A DNA stretch of 64,000 nt from Dipteris shenzhenensis (Eukaryota), in assembly GCA_047967505.1 (NCBI GenBank), contig CM106538.1. One strand, given 5' to 3'. The notes under the pieces are model-generated. The model did not search any database. It saw only the letters and a program-made list of their open reading frames with translations, and was not told the origin of the DNA. Below, piece by piece: positions 12,683-26,105 of this stretch. Each line of letters opens with the position of its first letter. Position 1 is the first letter of the stretch. Both the position numbers and the translations under genes were made by a program.

Positions 12683-14524
12683 TGTTAGAAATCTAGCATG
12701 GTATCATCCTAAGTTAGAACATCAGGGAAGACTGCATGAGAGATGAAGCAAACACTGAAAGATGTGAGATATATTCCATAGATGTGACCCCTGAATATAT
12801 AGGGCCAAGTACAAGACCATGAGCAAGAGTGCTTATGGGATAATTGTAGAGGTGCCACATGGCACACACTCAAGACACAAAGACTCAACTGAGACTAGAC
12901 AAATGTAGACTAGGGAAATAGTACACCTAGTGTGCACTTATCTCCAACACCCTCCTTAAGTGGACACTAGGAGTAAGACAGAAAGACAAGACTAGAAGAC
13001 AGACATAAAGACTGATAGACTGAGAGACAAGATAGAAGACATGACACACAAAGATCCTGAGACACCCTCCTCAAGTGATATCCTCATATGGGTCCACAAG
13101 GGTAGGTACAAAAGTGGATCATAGACAGACAAAGAGAGAGACAATCAGCCAGTAGAGTGGTCCCACAAAGAGAGAGACTGTCAGATAGACATGAGAGAGT
13201 CTGACAAATAGAAGATAAATGGGGACATAGACAGAAAATGCCAAGAGAATGTGGGTAGCTAATCCACAAAAGATAGGCATATAGAGTGTCAAAGACATAT
13301 GACTGTAGATCACACTGATAGACACAAGACTGAGAGACTGACTGATTGTAGATAGACAGAGAGATGGACCTTGACTAATAATCCCTCCTCAAGGGCAATC
13401 CTCCTGTTAGAGTGAGTAATGCAGGGGTGCCTCTTGGGTAGGTACAAAGATGAGTCCATGTAGACAAGTAGACATGACATTACCCCATGATCTACATCAT
13501 CGGTGATCATTGGTGGTAGATAGCATGAAAGCATAGACAGATATAAGAGATGGGAAGGTCTTACCATACTTGGCAGTGTCTAATCCCGTGTACAAGAGAG
13601 AGAACAATTAAGAATAGAACTGAAATATTGCAGCATAAGAAGATAATCCATTTTGTTTTTGCCTCAGGTCTTCCACCTTTTCAGGGGTAACCCGAGAGAG
13701 AGACAGCTGCTGGAGAAGTGCAGCAACTGAAGAGGTAGACGGGCAGAATGCAGAAGAAGTTGCGGCCTGTTGAAGAGGTGGCGCACAGCATTTGAAGAGG
13801 TAGACTCGAACAGCACCGTAGAGATCCTCCGCAGCAGCAAGAGGGGAAGAGACGGGGCAGGCAGAAGCGGCCAGATATGGCGGGGCTGTCATAGATGAGG
13901 CAGCCTGGATGGCGCAGAAAATGGAGCGGATGCCGGGCACAATGGCGGGGCAGAAGTGCATGCAGCTGAAGAGGTAGGCGGCGGCCAGCAGTAGGAGCAA
14001 ATGTCGAGGCAGAGCCAAACTAATGGCGGGCAGTAGCAGAAGAGGTGCGTGCAGCAGCAATAGCGGGGCAGACATCGGAGAAGAGACGGCCAGCGGGAGC
14101 GTAGAAGAGGGCGATGCAGACAGAGATGGTGGGCACAGGTAGAGGTGCCGCCAGAGGCTGAAAGAAGATGAGTAGACGAAGCTAGGGTTCCAGCAGAGTG
14201 AGAGGAGAGGAGAGGAGAGGGATCTTGATGGCTCTGATACCATGTTAGAAATCTAGCATGGTATCATCCTAAGTTAGAACATCAGGGAAGACTGCATGAG
14301 AGATGAAGCAAACACTGAAAGATGTGAGATATATTCCATAGATGTGACCCCTGAATATATAGGGCCAAGTACAAGACCATGAGCAAGAGTGCTTATGGGA
14401 TAATTGTAGAGGTGCCACATGGCACACACTCAAGACACAAAGACTCAACACACAAAGACTCAACTAAGACTAGACAAATGTAGACTAGGGAAATAGTACA
14501 CCTAGTGTGCACTTATCTCCAACA
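12683..14524 (-). mobile_element. Non-autonomous small LTR element (TRIM-like, 1842 bp)
   Basis: LTRs 12683-12949 and 14243-14524, near identical apart from one substitution and a 15-bp duplication. TSD ATTTC. Reverse PBS-Met at 14230-14242, reverse PPT at 12950-12960. No recognisable gag or pol motifs. Confidence 0.93.
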
Positions 14525-15161
14525 ATTTCTGCATACATGGTTTTTGCTAGAGAGATACCCCCTGTAAATGAAGAGCATATTGTTTCCCATTTGGAAAAGC
14601 AAAGGGCTGTTTTTCTAACTGAATTTTCCCGTTTGAAAAAGCAAAGGGCTGTTTTTCTAACTGAATTTTCAGATTGCTTTTCTAATGAGTTGCCTAGTGA
14701 GCTTCCACCAGAAAGGCCAGAGGACCATGGGATTGACATCATACCTGGCAATAGTCCACCAAACAAACCACCTTACAAAGTTTGTGTGGTGCAGCAGTAA
14801 ATGAACTTTTGGAGAAGGGGCTCATTCAGCCTAGTCCATCGCCTTATTGCTCTCCAGTTCTGTTGTTTCAGAAGAAATTATTTCTTGGCGTATGTGTATT
14901 GATTACCGCGCCTTGAATAAGATCACCAATAAGAATCACTTCCCTATACCCAGAATAGATGATATTCTCGATAGGTTGAAGGGGGAGCTATTTTCAGCAG
15001 CATTGATTTGAAGAGTGGGTATCATCAGGTTCGCATACGTCCAGAAGATGTGCATAAGATGGCATTCAGGACTTCTTTTGGGTTGTATGAGTTTTTGGTT
15101 ATGCCTTTCGGACTCACTAATGCCCCTACCACCTTCAATTGTATGATGGACAGGATCTTTC

Positions 15162-18100
15162 TGAAGGTGAGAGAATGAGAGCAAGAGGGAGTGAGAGAGT
15201 AGAAAGCTTGGAAGCTGTAGTTGCAATAGAATAGAGTGTAAAGAGTACAACACAAAGTGAGTAGGATAAGGTTTTGTCCTAGTGACAAAACCTTAGTAGT
15301 CACTAACCATAGTTAGTGAACTAACTGCAGTTAGGGGAAAAAACCTCTAAATGAGGGGAAAGTGCCCCTAACTAACTTATTATATTACATTGGTCACTGC
15401 TGAATTATATCTATAATTCCAACACCCCCCTGCAGTGCCAATGTCATGTACAAGGCTGATCAATCACCAAACGGATATAAGTTCAGGGCACTGCGAAATG
15501 CCTCAAACTTCTCACGTGGTAGCGCTTTGGTGAAAATATCTGCAACGTTGTCATGTGTGGACACAAAGATCATACTGATCTCTCCTGCAACTTCTCTCTG
15601 ACGTAGTGATAGTGAACCTCAATGTGCTTCGTGCGAGCATGAAACACTGGATTCTTTGCCACTGCAATGGCACTCTGACTATCAGTGAGAATTGGAGAAG
15701 GACCCTCCAAAGACAGATGAAGATCAGCAAATAAACGTCTCAGCCAGACACATTCAACTGTTGCTGTGAAAGCTGCCCTGTACTCAGCTTCACATGATGA
15801 GGTAGCCACTGTAGATTGTTTCTTGCTCAGCCATGAAATGCAAGATTTTCCCAAAAAGAAACAATTGCCACTAGTGGACTGCCTAGTGTCATAATCACCA
15901 GCCCAATCTGAATCACTGTAGGCATGCATCTGCAAGTCACCCCCCCTGGGAAATAGTAAGCCAAAAGACTTGGTGCCTTGCAAATAACGGAAGATGCGCT
16001 TAACTGCCTGCCAATGCATAGTTTTGGGGCTGTGCATGTACCTGCTCACCTGAGATACTGCAAACTGAATATCAGGCCTAGTATTGCAGAGATATATGAG
16101 GCATCCAACAGCTTGACTGTAAAGTGTGGCATCAACTGATTCTCCTGCATCATGCATTGTGAGTTTCAGCCCCGGTTCCATAGGAGTAGATATGGGCTTA
16201 CACTCTTGCATGTTAAATCTGTCCAAAAGTTTCTGAACATACTTGGACTGAGACATAACAGTGCCACGTCTCTCATGAGAGAACTGGATCCCCAAATAAA
16301 AGTGAAGCAGCCCCAAATCTGACATATCAAAGTGGGTCTGCAAATCAGCTTTGAAATCTGCAATTTTTCCTTCATTGGACCCTGTGAGCAGTAAGTCATC
16401 AACATAAAGAAGGATGACTAATATTTCCCCCCCATCCATCTTGATGTAGAGGGTGCTCTCAGTAGGACTATTGTGCAGCCCCTTGCTGGTCAAAAAGGCA
16501 TGTATCTTGGCATACCATGCACGAGGGGCCTGTTTCAGCCCATATAAAGCTTTATGAAGCTTGCAGACTTGAAGTGCATTTGCTGTAATTCCAAAACCCG
16601 GAGGTGGTTTGACATACACCTCTTCCAGCAAGTCCCCATTTAAGAAGGCTGTTTTGATGTCCAACTGATGAACATTCCACTCAAAATGTGCAGCCATTGC
16701 AATTACTGATCGGATGGTAGTCATCCGGGATGTAGGAGCAAAAGTCTCCTCATAATCTATGCCCTTTTTCTGAGCATAGCCTTTAGCAACCAGCCTGGCT
16801 TTATATCTGTCAATGGAGCCATCTGGCTTCCGTTTGACTTTAAATACCCATCGTGTGCCAATCGCATGTTTACCCTGTGGCAAGTCCACAACATCCCAAG
16901 TCTGATTTTTTGCAATGGACTGCAACTCATCGTGCATGGCATTCATCCAATGCACATTACCTTGTGCCTCTTCAAATGTGGCAGGCTCCTCTTCATCAAG
17001 GAGAGTACCTGCATATGCTGATTCCACTGAATTAGCACCTTCCATGTGCCTTGCTGCACTGCGAGTCCTGCCAGGTAACGGAGCTGCACCGCTTGTTCCA
17101 CTGCCTGTGGAGGAGGCATGACATCCTGTGGCGGAACTGAAGCATTTGAAGGTTGCTGTAAATTCTGATTTGGATCAGAAAAATCAGCAGGGGAACCCAA
17201 AGCAATGGGTAGCAACCCTTGAAAGACATCTTCTGAAGGTGAAGGCATTTGAAAATCAGCCTGAGTGTGAGCTGAATTTTCAGAAAATATCACATCTCTA
17301 CTTACAATGATTCTGCGTGTAGCAGGATTGTAGAGACGATACCCCTTGCTTTCTGCACTGTATCCAACAAATATGCATTTGATGGCTTTATCTGACAATT
17401 TGTGCCTAAATTCAACTGGCACATGTGCATAGGCAAGGCATCCAAAGACTCGGAAGTGATCCACTGAAGGCTTCCTGTCATTCCAGACCTCAAAAGGAGT
17501 TTTTGTTTTTAAAGCCTTAGTGGGAGCCCTGTTCAAAATGTAATTGGCACACATCAAACCCTCTAACCAGAATTTATGAGGCATGTGTTTGCTTTTCAGC
17601 ATACATCTGTCCATCTCCATGAGGGTTCTATTTTTCCTCTCAGCTTTGCCATTTTGCTGAGGGGTCAACCTGACTGTGAGCTGATGCACAATACCCTTTT
17701 GTTTGAGGAAAGCATCAAATTCTGCAGATAGGTATTCCCCACCTCTATCCGTGCGTAATGTCTGGATCTTGAGCCCGGTTTCATTTTCAACCATGGCTGA
17801 AAAGTGTTTAAACACTGTGAACACTTCAGATTTCTTTTTCAGCCCATAAACCCAAGTAAAATTGGAGTAGTCATCAATAAATGTGACAAAGTAGAGATGA
17901 CCACCCAATGACGGAGTCCTCATGCGACCACAGACATCACTGTGTATAAGCTGCAATTTGCGAACAGCTTTAACTGAACCATCCTTCTTGAAGGGAAATC
18001 TATGCATTTTACCTAAAATGCACCCTTCACAGGCATGTGGAGGAGGTATCTCAAGAGGTGGCAATGCATCAACCATTGAAAATTTCTGAAGTGTCATTAA

Positions 18101-20875
18101 GCTGTTGTAATGCATGTGGCCATATCTGGCATGCCATAATTCTGCATTTTGCATGGCAACTGTAGGGGTAGAAATTGCCAAAGCATGAGCTGCTCTTTTC
18201 TCAAAAATATCAAGCTGAAAAAGCCCACGCAGCAGAGTACCAGATAACATTAAGGCATAGTTAGCTTCCCTGTCCCGAACAGCACATTTGTCATCCTCAA
18301 AGATGACCTGAAATCCCCCTTTGTTAAGAGTGGACACTGAAAGGAGATTTTTGGTTATGCCAGGCACATATAAGACATCAGAAAGTCTGAAAATTGAGCC
18401 ATCAATTGCAGTGAGCTCAACTTCTCCTGTGCCACGTACTGAATATGAGGAGTTGTTGGCACAAGTGACTTTCTTACCAACAGGAGGTGGATGCAAGGAA
18501 GTAAAGAGACACTTCCTCGAAGTGATGTGCTTGGATGCACCGCTGTCAAAATACCATGTGTTCAGTGTTTCATCAACACTGAAAGCAGATGCATCTGAAG
18601 GAGAGTCAAAACTGCAAGTCAAAAATGCATATGTATCATCATTGCAAGAAGCTGTACTATCCCGAGCATCTGGAACAGCCAACCTAGAATCAGAAATGCA
18701 AGATAGAAAGGCATAATCTTGACCAACAAAGTTGGCTGCAGCATCCCCACTGTCAGATGCACAAGGGGCTGAATCTGAAACAGCCATTCCTGAGCTGTTT
18801 TTCTTTTCCTTTGCAATCCTTTTCCTGCATTCTGCTATGTGATGACCTGGCTTTTTGCAGTAGTGACAAAAACCCTTCTTTTTGGGCTTGCTTGCATCAC
18901 TTTTAGCCTTTTGTGAAGGCTGTCCTGACCCACTGGAAGGCTGATTTGCTGCTGTCTTTGCCTGTCCCTTTGTTTTTTATTTAAATTTTGAGAGCATGGC
19001 TTGTTCACCTGCACGTGAAGCCAAATTTTTCCTGGTCTGCTCTTCCTGAAGCAGAAGTCCTATCAGCTCATGAAAAGAAAGAGGATTTGCACCCCCCCTC
19101 AATGATAAATTCAGCGAAGTGTGAAAGCTGAGATAAGACTCAGGAAGAGAATTCAGAGTGGTAGTAATCATCTCTGAATCAGGAATAATTTCATCTATGT
19201 TTAACAACTGCTCTCTAAGATCCTGTAGCTTAGTGAGGTGGGCTGACATGGAGTCACCCTCCTCCATATGTGTATTGCTCAACTCTCTTTTTAAAAAAGA
19301 TACCCTGGCATCATTCCGTGCTGCATACATGCTTTCCAAAATATCCCACGCTGCCCTGGAGGTCTTACACGACCGGATATGCGGAATGATTGATCTTTTT
19401 ACTGAAAGAGAGATGCATGACAAGGCTAAGGCATCCCGTGAATCCCATCTCTTTTGCTCAGGAGTATTGACTGTAGCTGCACCAACAACTTGACCTGCAG
19501 CTGCACCTTGTGCACGACCTCTTCCACCTCCTTGCTGAGGAGGGGTAGTAGGTGCAATATCTGCTGGTCGGATTTCATCCCCATTGACATAATCCCATAA
19601 ATTGCGAGAAATCAGAATATTACGTACCATGAAACTCCAGAGGGAGTAGTTGGTACCATCCAATTTGTCTTCCTGTGAAAGACCACCGAACTGGAACTCA
19701 TTCTGATTTTGATGGGCCATATCTGAGAAAGAGATTGAAGCAGATACAAAGCTGAATTCCCTTACTGGGAATAAAATGCACAACTCCCAAAAACACAGCC
19801 AAGCACGGGCTGTATATGCAACTTAGATTTCTGCACTTGAGCTTTCAGAAATCTGTCCAAGCATAAAACACTCTCTAAAATCTGCCAAAAGTGTTCCAAA
19901 CACTCCAAGAAAGGCAGTATGTACTGAATACTCCAAAAAATGCTCTCCAAACACAAAAGCCCCAATTTGTGGCTAGAAATTGCAGCCAGAAAGGGGTAAA
20001 AATGCTAATATCTGCAATTTTGCTCTTGATATAGCTCCAAACTTGCCCAATGATTGCAATGTCTGCAATCTACAAAATGCCCCAAATTTACTCCAAAACA
20101 ACTGCACCACACTGTAGTTTTCTGAAGAATGAGCCTGTCAAAGAACACCCGAGGCTGACAGCGACTGGTGCAGATCTGCAAGGACAGACTATACGAACTG
20201 TACGGTCAGTGTGTACGACAGTACGGTGGAGTGTACCGATGCTCTTGCGACAGACAAAACAGACTGTACGGCGCTGTACGGAGATGTACGGACACCTGTA
20301 CGGAGCTGCACGGACGCCTGTACGGAGATGTACGGACGCCTTTTACGAAACGTACGGATGTGGTACGTCGATGTTCGGAAGCAGTAAGAAGCTGTACGGC
20401 AGGCGAAATTGTACGGCGAGCACGTGTACGGCGATGTACGCAAATGGCGACACTTGTACGGCGATGTACGCAAAGGACGACACTTTGCGTCAGAATTCCG
20501 TACAGTCGTACGGACTGTACGGACAGATTGGCGCAGGCTGAAAGTCGAGGCTGAGTGTTGGAACTGAAGGGAGCAAGGAGCACAAAGCTCTTGGACCTGC
20601 TCTGATACCAAATGAAGGTGAGAGAATGAGAGCAAGAGGGAGTGAGAGAGTAGAAAGCTTGGAAGCTGTAGTTGCAATAGAATAGAGTGTAAAGAGTACA
20701 ACACAAAGTGAGTAGGATAAGGTTTTGTCCTAGTGACAAAACCTTAGTAGTCACTAACCATAGTTAGTGAACTAACTGCAGTTAGGGGGAAAAACCTCTA
20801 AATGAGGGAAAAGTGCCCCTAACTAACTTATTATATTACATTGGTCACTGCTGAATTATATCTATAATTCCAACA
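15162..20875 (-). mobile_element. Ty1/Copia element 2, full length and young, inserted in Gypsy RT
   Basis: 263-bp LTRs 15162-15424 and 20613-20875 differ at about 2 sites. TSD CTTTC. Reverse PBS-Met at 20599-20610, PPT at 15425-15430. Confidence 0.97.
15460..19720 (-). pseudogene. Copia-2 gag-pol with three lesions
   Basis: Starts MAHQNQ; in-frame TAA at 18977-18979. Relative to the sister copy there is a 79-bp deletion near 17084 and a 4-bp deletion near 15587. All domains are present. Confidence 0.93.
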
Positions 20876-23651
20876 CTTTCGAGACCACAGAGCCTTTGTG
20901 GGTACATTCTTTGATGACATGATTGTATTTTCGAAAAATGAGGAGCATCGGAAGCATCTCGCAATTGTGTTCGCTGAGCTCAAGAAGCAAAGGCTGTTCA
21001 TAAACCCAAAAAGAGTGAGTTTTTCATGGCTGAGATTCATTTTTTGGGACATTGTGTTTCCAAGGATGGGGTTCATATGGATCCAACTAAAGTGGAAGCA
21101 ATATGAAGTTGGCCACAACCAAAGAATTTGCATGAGGTTCGTAGTTTCTTGGGTTTGTGTTCCTACTACCGTCATTTTATCCATCACTTTGCAGAAATTG
21201 CAGCCCCTATGCATGCACTTTCCAAGAAGGAAAGGCCTTTTCAGTGGTCCAAGTAGAGAATTACTCTTTTGAGGAGTTGAAGCGCAAGCTTGCAACAGAT
21301 CCGGTGCTGATTTTGCCTAACTTGAGGAAATCTTTTCATGTGCATGCGGATGCTTGTGGTAAAAATGGTATTGGAGCTGTCCTCACACAGGATGGGCATC
21401 TTGTAGCTTATGAGAGTCGCATTTTACAGCCAAATCAGTTACATTTACAGATTTATGAGAAGGAGATGTTGGCTATACTTCATGCTCTATCCACTTGGAA
21501 ACATTATTTATTGGGAGCTGATTTTACAGTACAGATAGATCATCAATCTTTGCGCTACTTTCTGACGCAATCTAAGCTGTCCGAGAAGCACATGAGGTGG
21601 GCAAACTTCTTGTCAATGTTTCATTTTCAGATTGTACATGTTGAAGGCAAGAAGAATGTGGTTGCAGGTGCTTTGTCCAGGAAGCCACAAGTTCTTTATC
21701 ACAATGAGTTGGATGTAATGAAGGATTACTTTGCGGAGGATGAGCAATTTGTTGAAATATATGGCCAGCTTAATAATGGTAGAGGCACAATCATTATGCG
21801 TTTAAGGATGGGTTTATGATGATGCATGACAGACTGTGTGTAACTAAGCAGCTAAGGCAGAAGGTTATGAGTGAATGTCATGATCTACCATATGCAGGAC
21901 ATCGAGGTATTGATGCTACTGCGTCGCGATGGAGCATTTCTTTTATTGGCCTACACTGCGTCGCGATGTTGAGGAGTATGTTCGCACATGCCTAACCTGT
22001 CAAAAGGTGACGTATGATCACAGGAAGACTCCTGGACTGTTACGTCCTTTGCCCATACCTGATGGACCATGGGAGAGCATAGCCATGGATTTTATTTTTT
22101 ATTTGCCGAGGACACCTACTAGTAATGATGGAATATGGACGATCACTGATCGCTTCAGCTAGCAGGTGCACTTCATTCATGTACGGAAGAAGATTGTGGC
22201 AGATCATATGATGAAGTTATTTATCCAGAATATCTTCAAGTATCATGGTATGCCAAAGTCCATTGTGAGCGATAGAGACCCGTGCATGACCAGCTTGTTT
22301 TGGCGGGGACTTTTTGAATATATGGGCACTACTCTCCTACTTTCTTCTGCTTTTCATCCACAGACCGATGGGCAATCGGAGGAGGCTAATTCCACAGCTC
22401 TAGATTTGCTGAAATGCTATGTGTCGGAGCACCAGTCACAGTGGGAGAAGTTTTTACCATTAGTCGAGTATGCATACAATAACACAGTACATTCTTCCAC
22501 AGGTAAAGCTCCATTGAGATAGTGGGAGGCCAGCATAAGATTCCACCCATCTTGCACATGAAAGATAATTTTTTTGAAGCTGATAGGTATGTGGAGAGCT
22601 TGGGCATTGCTTATCAGAAGGTGAAACAAGCATTGCAGAAGTCACAAAAGAAGCAGGAAAAAGGGCAACAAACAAGCACAGGTGTGACGTTGCCATCAAG
22701 GAAGGTGATTATGTCTTGCTGCGTTTTCAGAAAGCAAGGCTAAAAAGTACACAGGGTCGTACTTGACTATTTCCTAAGCTGAGTATGAGGTACTATGGGC
22801 CTTTCAAGGTAACTCGGCAAATTAATGATGTGGCATTTCGCTTACAGTTGCCTGACCATTGGAAGATTCACAATGCTTTCCATGTGAGTCTCCTTGAGCC
22901 TTTTCAAGGTGATGTGCCTACAGATCTGCCTTCGGAGATCCAGCCAGAGATGGAAGACATGAATGAGATCCTTGTACCCGAGCAGATTCTAGCACGTAGG
23001 GAAAGGAAGCTAAGGAGGAAAGTTGCACGACGCTATTTGGTATAATTTTGTATTTATTTATCATTGCATGTGAAGTGGATGGACGAGGGCGAGTTCACAG
23101 ATACTCCTCAGGTGTTACAGCTTTACCTTGAGGATTTCCAGTTGGAGCCCAGTTTGCAGGGCGCCAGGTGTCTGTAGCATTACTTGATGCACAGGGGGAG
23201 AGTTATCGCTTCCATTCCTTTTGTACAGACCCGCTCATGTATCTAGAGGATACTTGATGTTGCATTTTGTTTCACCCAAGGTACTGGTTGCTGACAGTAT
23301 CTTCGCCGTGAGGGCCTCTATGATTGGTGTGCTAGCCACTTGGTTTTGATGCATCTTATGTGCAATGTATTTTGTATTTGTTACCATGGCTCTACAGATA
23401 CATATTCATTGTTGGTTGACCTGTTGGCGGCATTGGTATACTGTCCTTTTAGGTTTGGTTGGTCTGTTGGGTCACTCCCATTTTAGACTTGGTTGATCTG
23501 TTGGCCGCATTGTTGGCTGTCTTTCAGATTTGGTTATTTTTATATTTCAGCTTTGGTTATTTCACTTGCTTTCGATTTTTCCATTGCTATTATTCCTTTT
23601 CGTTTGGTTTGCAGGCAAATGAGGACATTGCCTTCTTTCAAGAGGGAGATC

Positions 23652-24157
23652 TATCACGAGGATGTGAAATTATGAGACTTTTGATTTGCGACTCCCGTAA
23701 TTTGCACGCAACTGCCTTGAGTCTCTGGGGCGTGAGGGTCCAGCCATGGGGAACTAAAATTCCCTAGTGGGCCCTTGGAAATTGTGAATGTGCGCCCAAT
23801 TACTAGGCAATTAATTCCTAGGGCCAAAGTGTGCAACAAAGGGGCCAAAAGAGTGGTGCAATTAAAAATTGCTAATTTTAGAACAAGACTCCAAAAAGAG
23901 CGGAGAGCCCTGTTTTTGGGGGCAGAAGGCCAAAATCAGTTCCAAAAGGAGCCAAATCATCAATTGCGAGCTGCCAGAGCCTACTAGGTGCTGCCATAGC
24001 CAAATTGTCATTTGCCAGAAGCTTCTAGAGCCTGCCAAGGAAAATCACCATCATCAACCACCAGAGGAAATCGCACCTGATCTAGGAGCCCGTTGCAGAT
24101 TGCAATTTCAGCCAGGGTGTCTTCTTCAGATTGCGAATTCATCTCCAGGTCTTCCGG
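23652..24157 (+). repeat. Gypsy 3' LTR, truncated
   Basis: Homologous to 3080-3605, preceded by the purine tract AAGAGGGAGA, and fused directly to Copia RT sequence. Confidence 0.85.
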
Positions 24158-24159
24158 AC

Positions 24160-24415
24160 GCTCTTTAGTATGTTGTCTCACACTTGAACAAGTATATAGC
24201 CCTCTACGCACCATTGGCAGGCCCTAAAGCGTGTCTTTAGGTACCTCAAAGGCACTCAGCATTTGGGCCTTCTTCATGACGCTGATTCCTCACTTGTTAT
24301 GCATAGATTCTCTGATATTGGTTGGGCTGGCTATTCAAACACCCGTGTGTCACATAGTGGCAACTATTTCATGCTTGGTACTTCATGCATCTCTTGGTTC
24401 AGCAAGAAGCAGACT
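24160..24415 (+). pseudogene. Copia RT/RNase H remnant
   Basis: Matches 41430-41690 (KRVFRYLKGTQHLGL..SHSGNYFMLGTSCISWFSKKQ). Probably the distal part of the Copia at 2889-3079. Confidence 0.8.
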
Positions 24416-24429
24416 CCTGCACATCCTCA

Positions 24430-24935
24430 TGTGTGATAGGCTGATCCTGGACCTGATCTAGAGCATCCAAAGGCTGCTGTGCATCAGCATGTGCAGGCTT
24501 AATATTCTGATCTTCTACTAGTTGCTCTCAAGTGCCTTCAGCTGCAACCCTTCAAACACATCCAGCTGGTCTATCAAACTCAGTCATGGACTGATCTGAG
24601 TTTTCTGCAAAAATCACACCTCTACTATCCTTCTATCTGAGGAGGGTAGAGACAGTTAACTCACTGTTGTAGCAACAAAAAAACATTTACTTGCCTTGGC
24701 ACCCAGGTTGTTTCTCAACAGACTAGGCATATGTGCATAAAGTATGCAACCAAACACCCTAAGGTAGTCCACCTTTGGTTCTCTATTATACAAAGGCACA
24801 GAAGTCATTGTTTTCAAGGCCTTGGTGGGACATCTATTCAAAATGTGAGCTGCACACATCAGTGCTTCCACCCCAAAAAATTGTGTAGCAAACTCTTGCC
24901 TTTGATCGTGCATTTGACCATCAAAGGAGTAACAT
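24430..24935 (-). pseudogene. Copia integrase remnant
   Basis: EALMCAAHILNRCPTKALKT..LRVFGC..YAH..KCFFV in ORF 24656-24985. Confidence 0.75.
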
Positions 24936-25523
24936 CCTCCTCCATGTGAACCTATGGATGGTCTCGGAGGGCTGCATGCTTGCACAATGCTGTCAGCCTG
25001 GCCAGGGTGTCTCTAAAGTATATCACTAGAGGCTACTCTCCATATGGAATTTGTGAGGTCACCTCCCCATCTGTGAACCCGCGAATGAGGAGAGCAAAGG
25101 GGAGATGGACCATTGTGTGTTGTGGAAGACATGTGGGTATTGATTTGGGATGCCACATGGTCAGATCTAACATGGAACAAGGACTGCCACGTGGACAGCA
25201 CATTGGCTGTCATGTGGGCAGATAAAGATAATGCAAGAAAAAGGCTCACTATGCAAACACAAAACAAAAAACATGGGGCCGACACATGGGCAGCACATAG
25301 GCTGCCCATGTGGTCAGCACAACAAGAAACAGTACCTGGCTCACAGGAAGACTATGGTGCAGAAGAAGCAGCAACAGTGCTAGGAATCCTGCCAGATGCA
25401 GCCATGATGAAACGTGGCATGGTCTGGGACTTGTTCAGCCACTGTATGGCCTGTTGGATGACCTGAAACAGCACTGAGATGATTCCATCAGCCTGCATGA
25501 AGGCATGCACATCTGTACAGACC

Positions 25524-26105
25524 TGTACGGGTGGCTGCAGGTGCCAGTGCAAAGCTGGAATAGAAGATCCAGGGCAGAAGCACGTCCAGAAGACTGGCGG
25601 GGATGCTAAAGCATGGCTGAGACTGATTGGATCAAAGATCTGTCCAGGAAATAGTCTAGACATAGGCCCTGACTGGGGCTGCATATGGCCTAGGCCCGTG
25701 GCTGTGTGCCACTTGGCCAGGCAGGACCAGCAGGGCCAGCAAAGGCTGGCTAGATCCAGTACAGAATGAGGGTTGGCCAGATCAGCTTCTGGCCCCTATA
25801 AAAGCGAGCACTCTTGGGCTCATTAGATATCCATTGGAGGAGCATATTGGAGCTGCAGAGAGCCTGCCTCAAGGACATTTCAGGGACACAGGAGATGTCT
25901 ATTTGGAGCAGACAGAGAGCTCAACAAAGCCTTCACTCTTGGCTGTCTATAAGGCAGCTAGGAAGGCAGACCATAGGGGGACATTATGCCTCACCATTGG
26001 CTGCACATCAGGGCAGCAAAGAGGTCAAGTCTTCACAGCATACACTGCCTTAGTTTTGGCTGTCCAGGGGGGCAGCTTGAAGGTGTGATTGCGGGCACAA
26101 TAACA
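25524..26105. repeat. Possible solo LTR
   Basis: TGT..ACA ends flanked by AGACC at 25519-25523 and 26106-26110; TATAAAA at 25797. The match could be chance and the LTR may begin near 24990. Confidence 0.35.

Larger units (their letters stand above)
3080..24157 (+). mobile_element. Ty3/Gypsy chromovirus-type LTR retrotransposon, degenerate, with three nested insertions
   Basis: 5' LTR 3080-4508 (TG..CA). Domain order: gag (4618 on, CCHC at ~12100), PR (~12310), RT (14730-15160 and 20881-21100), RNase H (VHADACG..GIGAVL), integrase (GPWESIAMDFI, FHPQTDGQSE), GPF motif, chromodomain-like tail (22960-23140). PPT near 23640; 3' LTR starts at 23652 and is truncated. Confidence 0.92.

Noticed and set aside
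13608-14243. 211-aa ORF in the TRIM-like element
   Set aside because: Starts at the LTR/PBS junction and is low complexity with no gag motif.
18977-18979. Programmed stop-codon readthrough in Copia-2 gag
   Set aside because: The stop lies upstream of the zinc knuckle and is most simply a CAA-to-TAA mutation.
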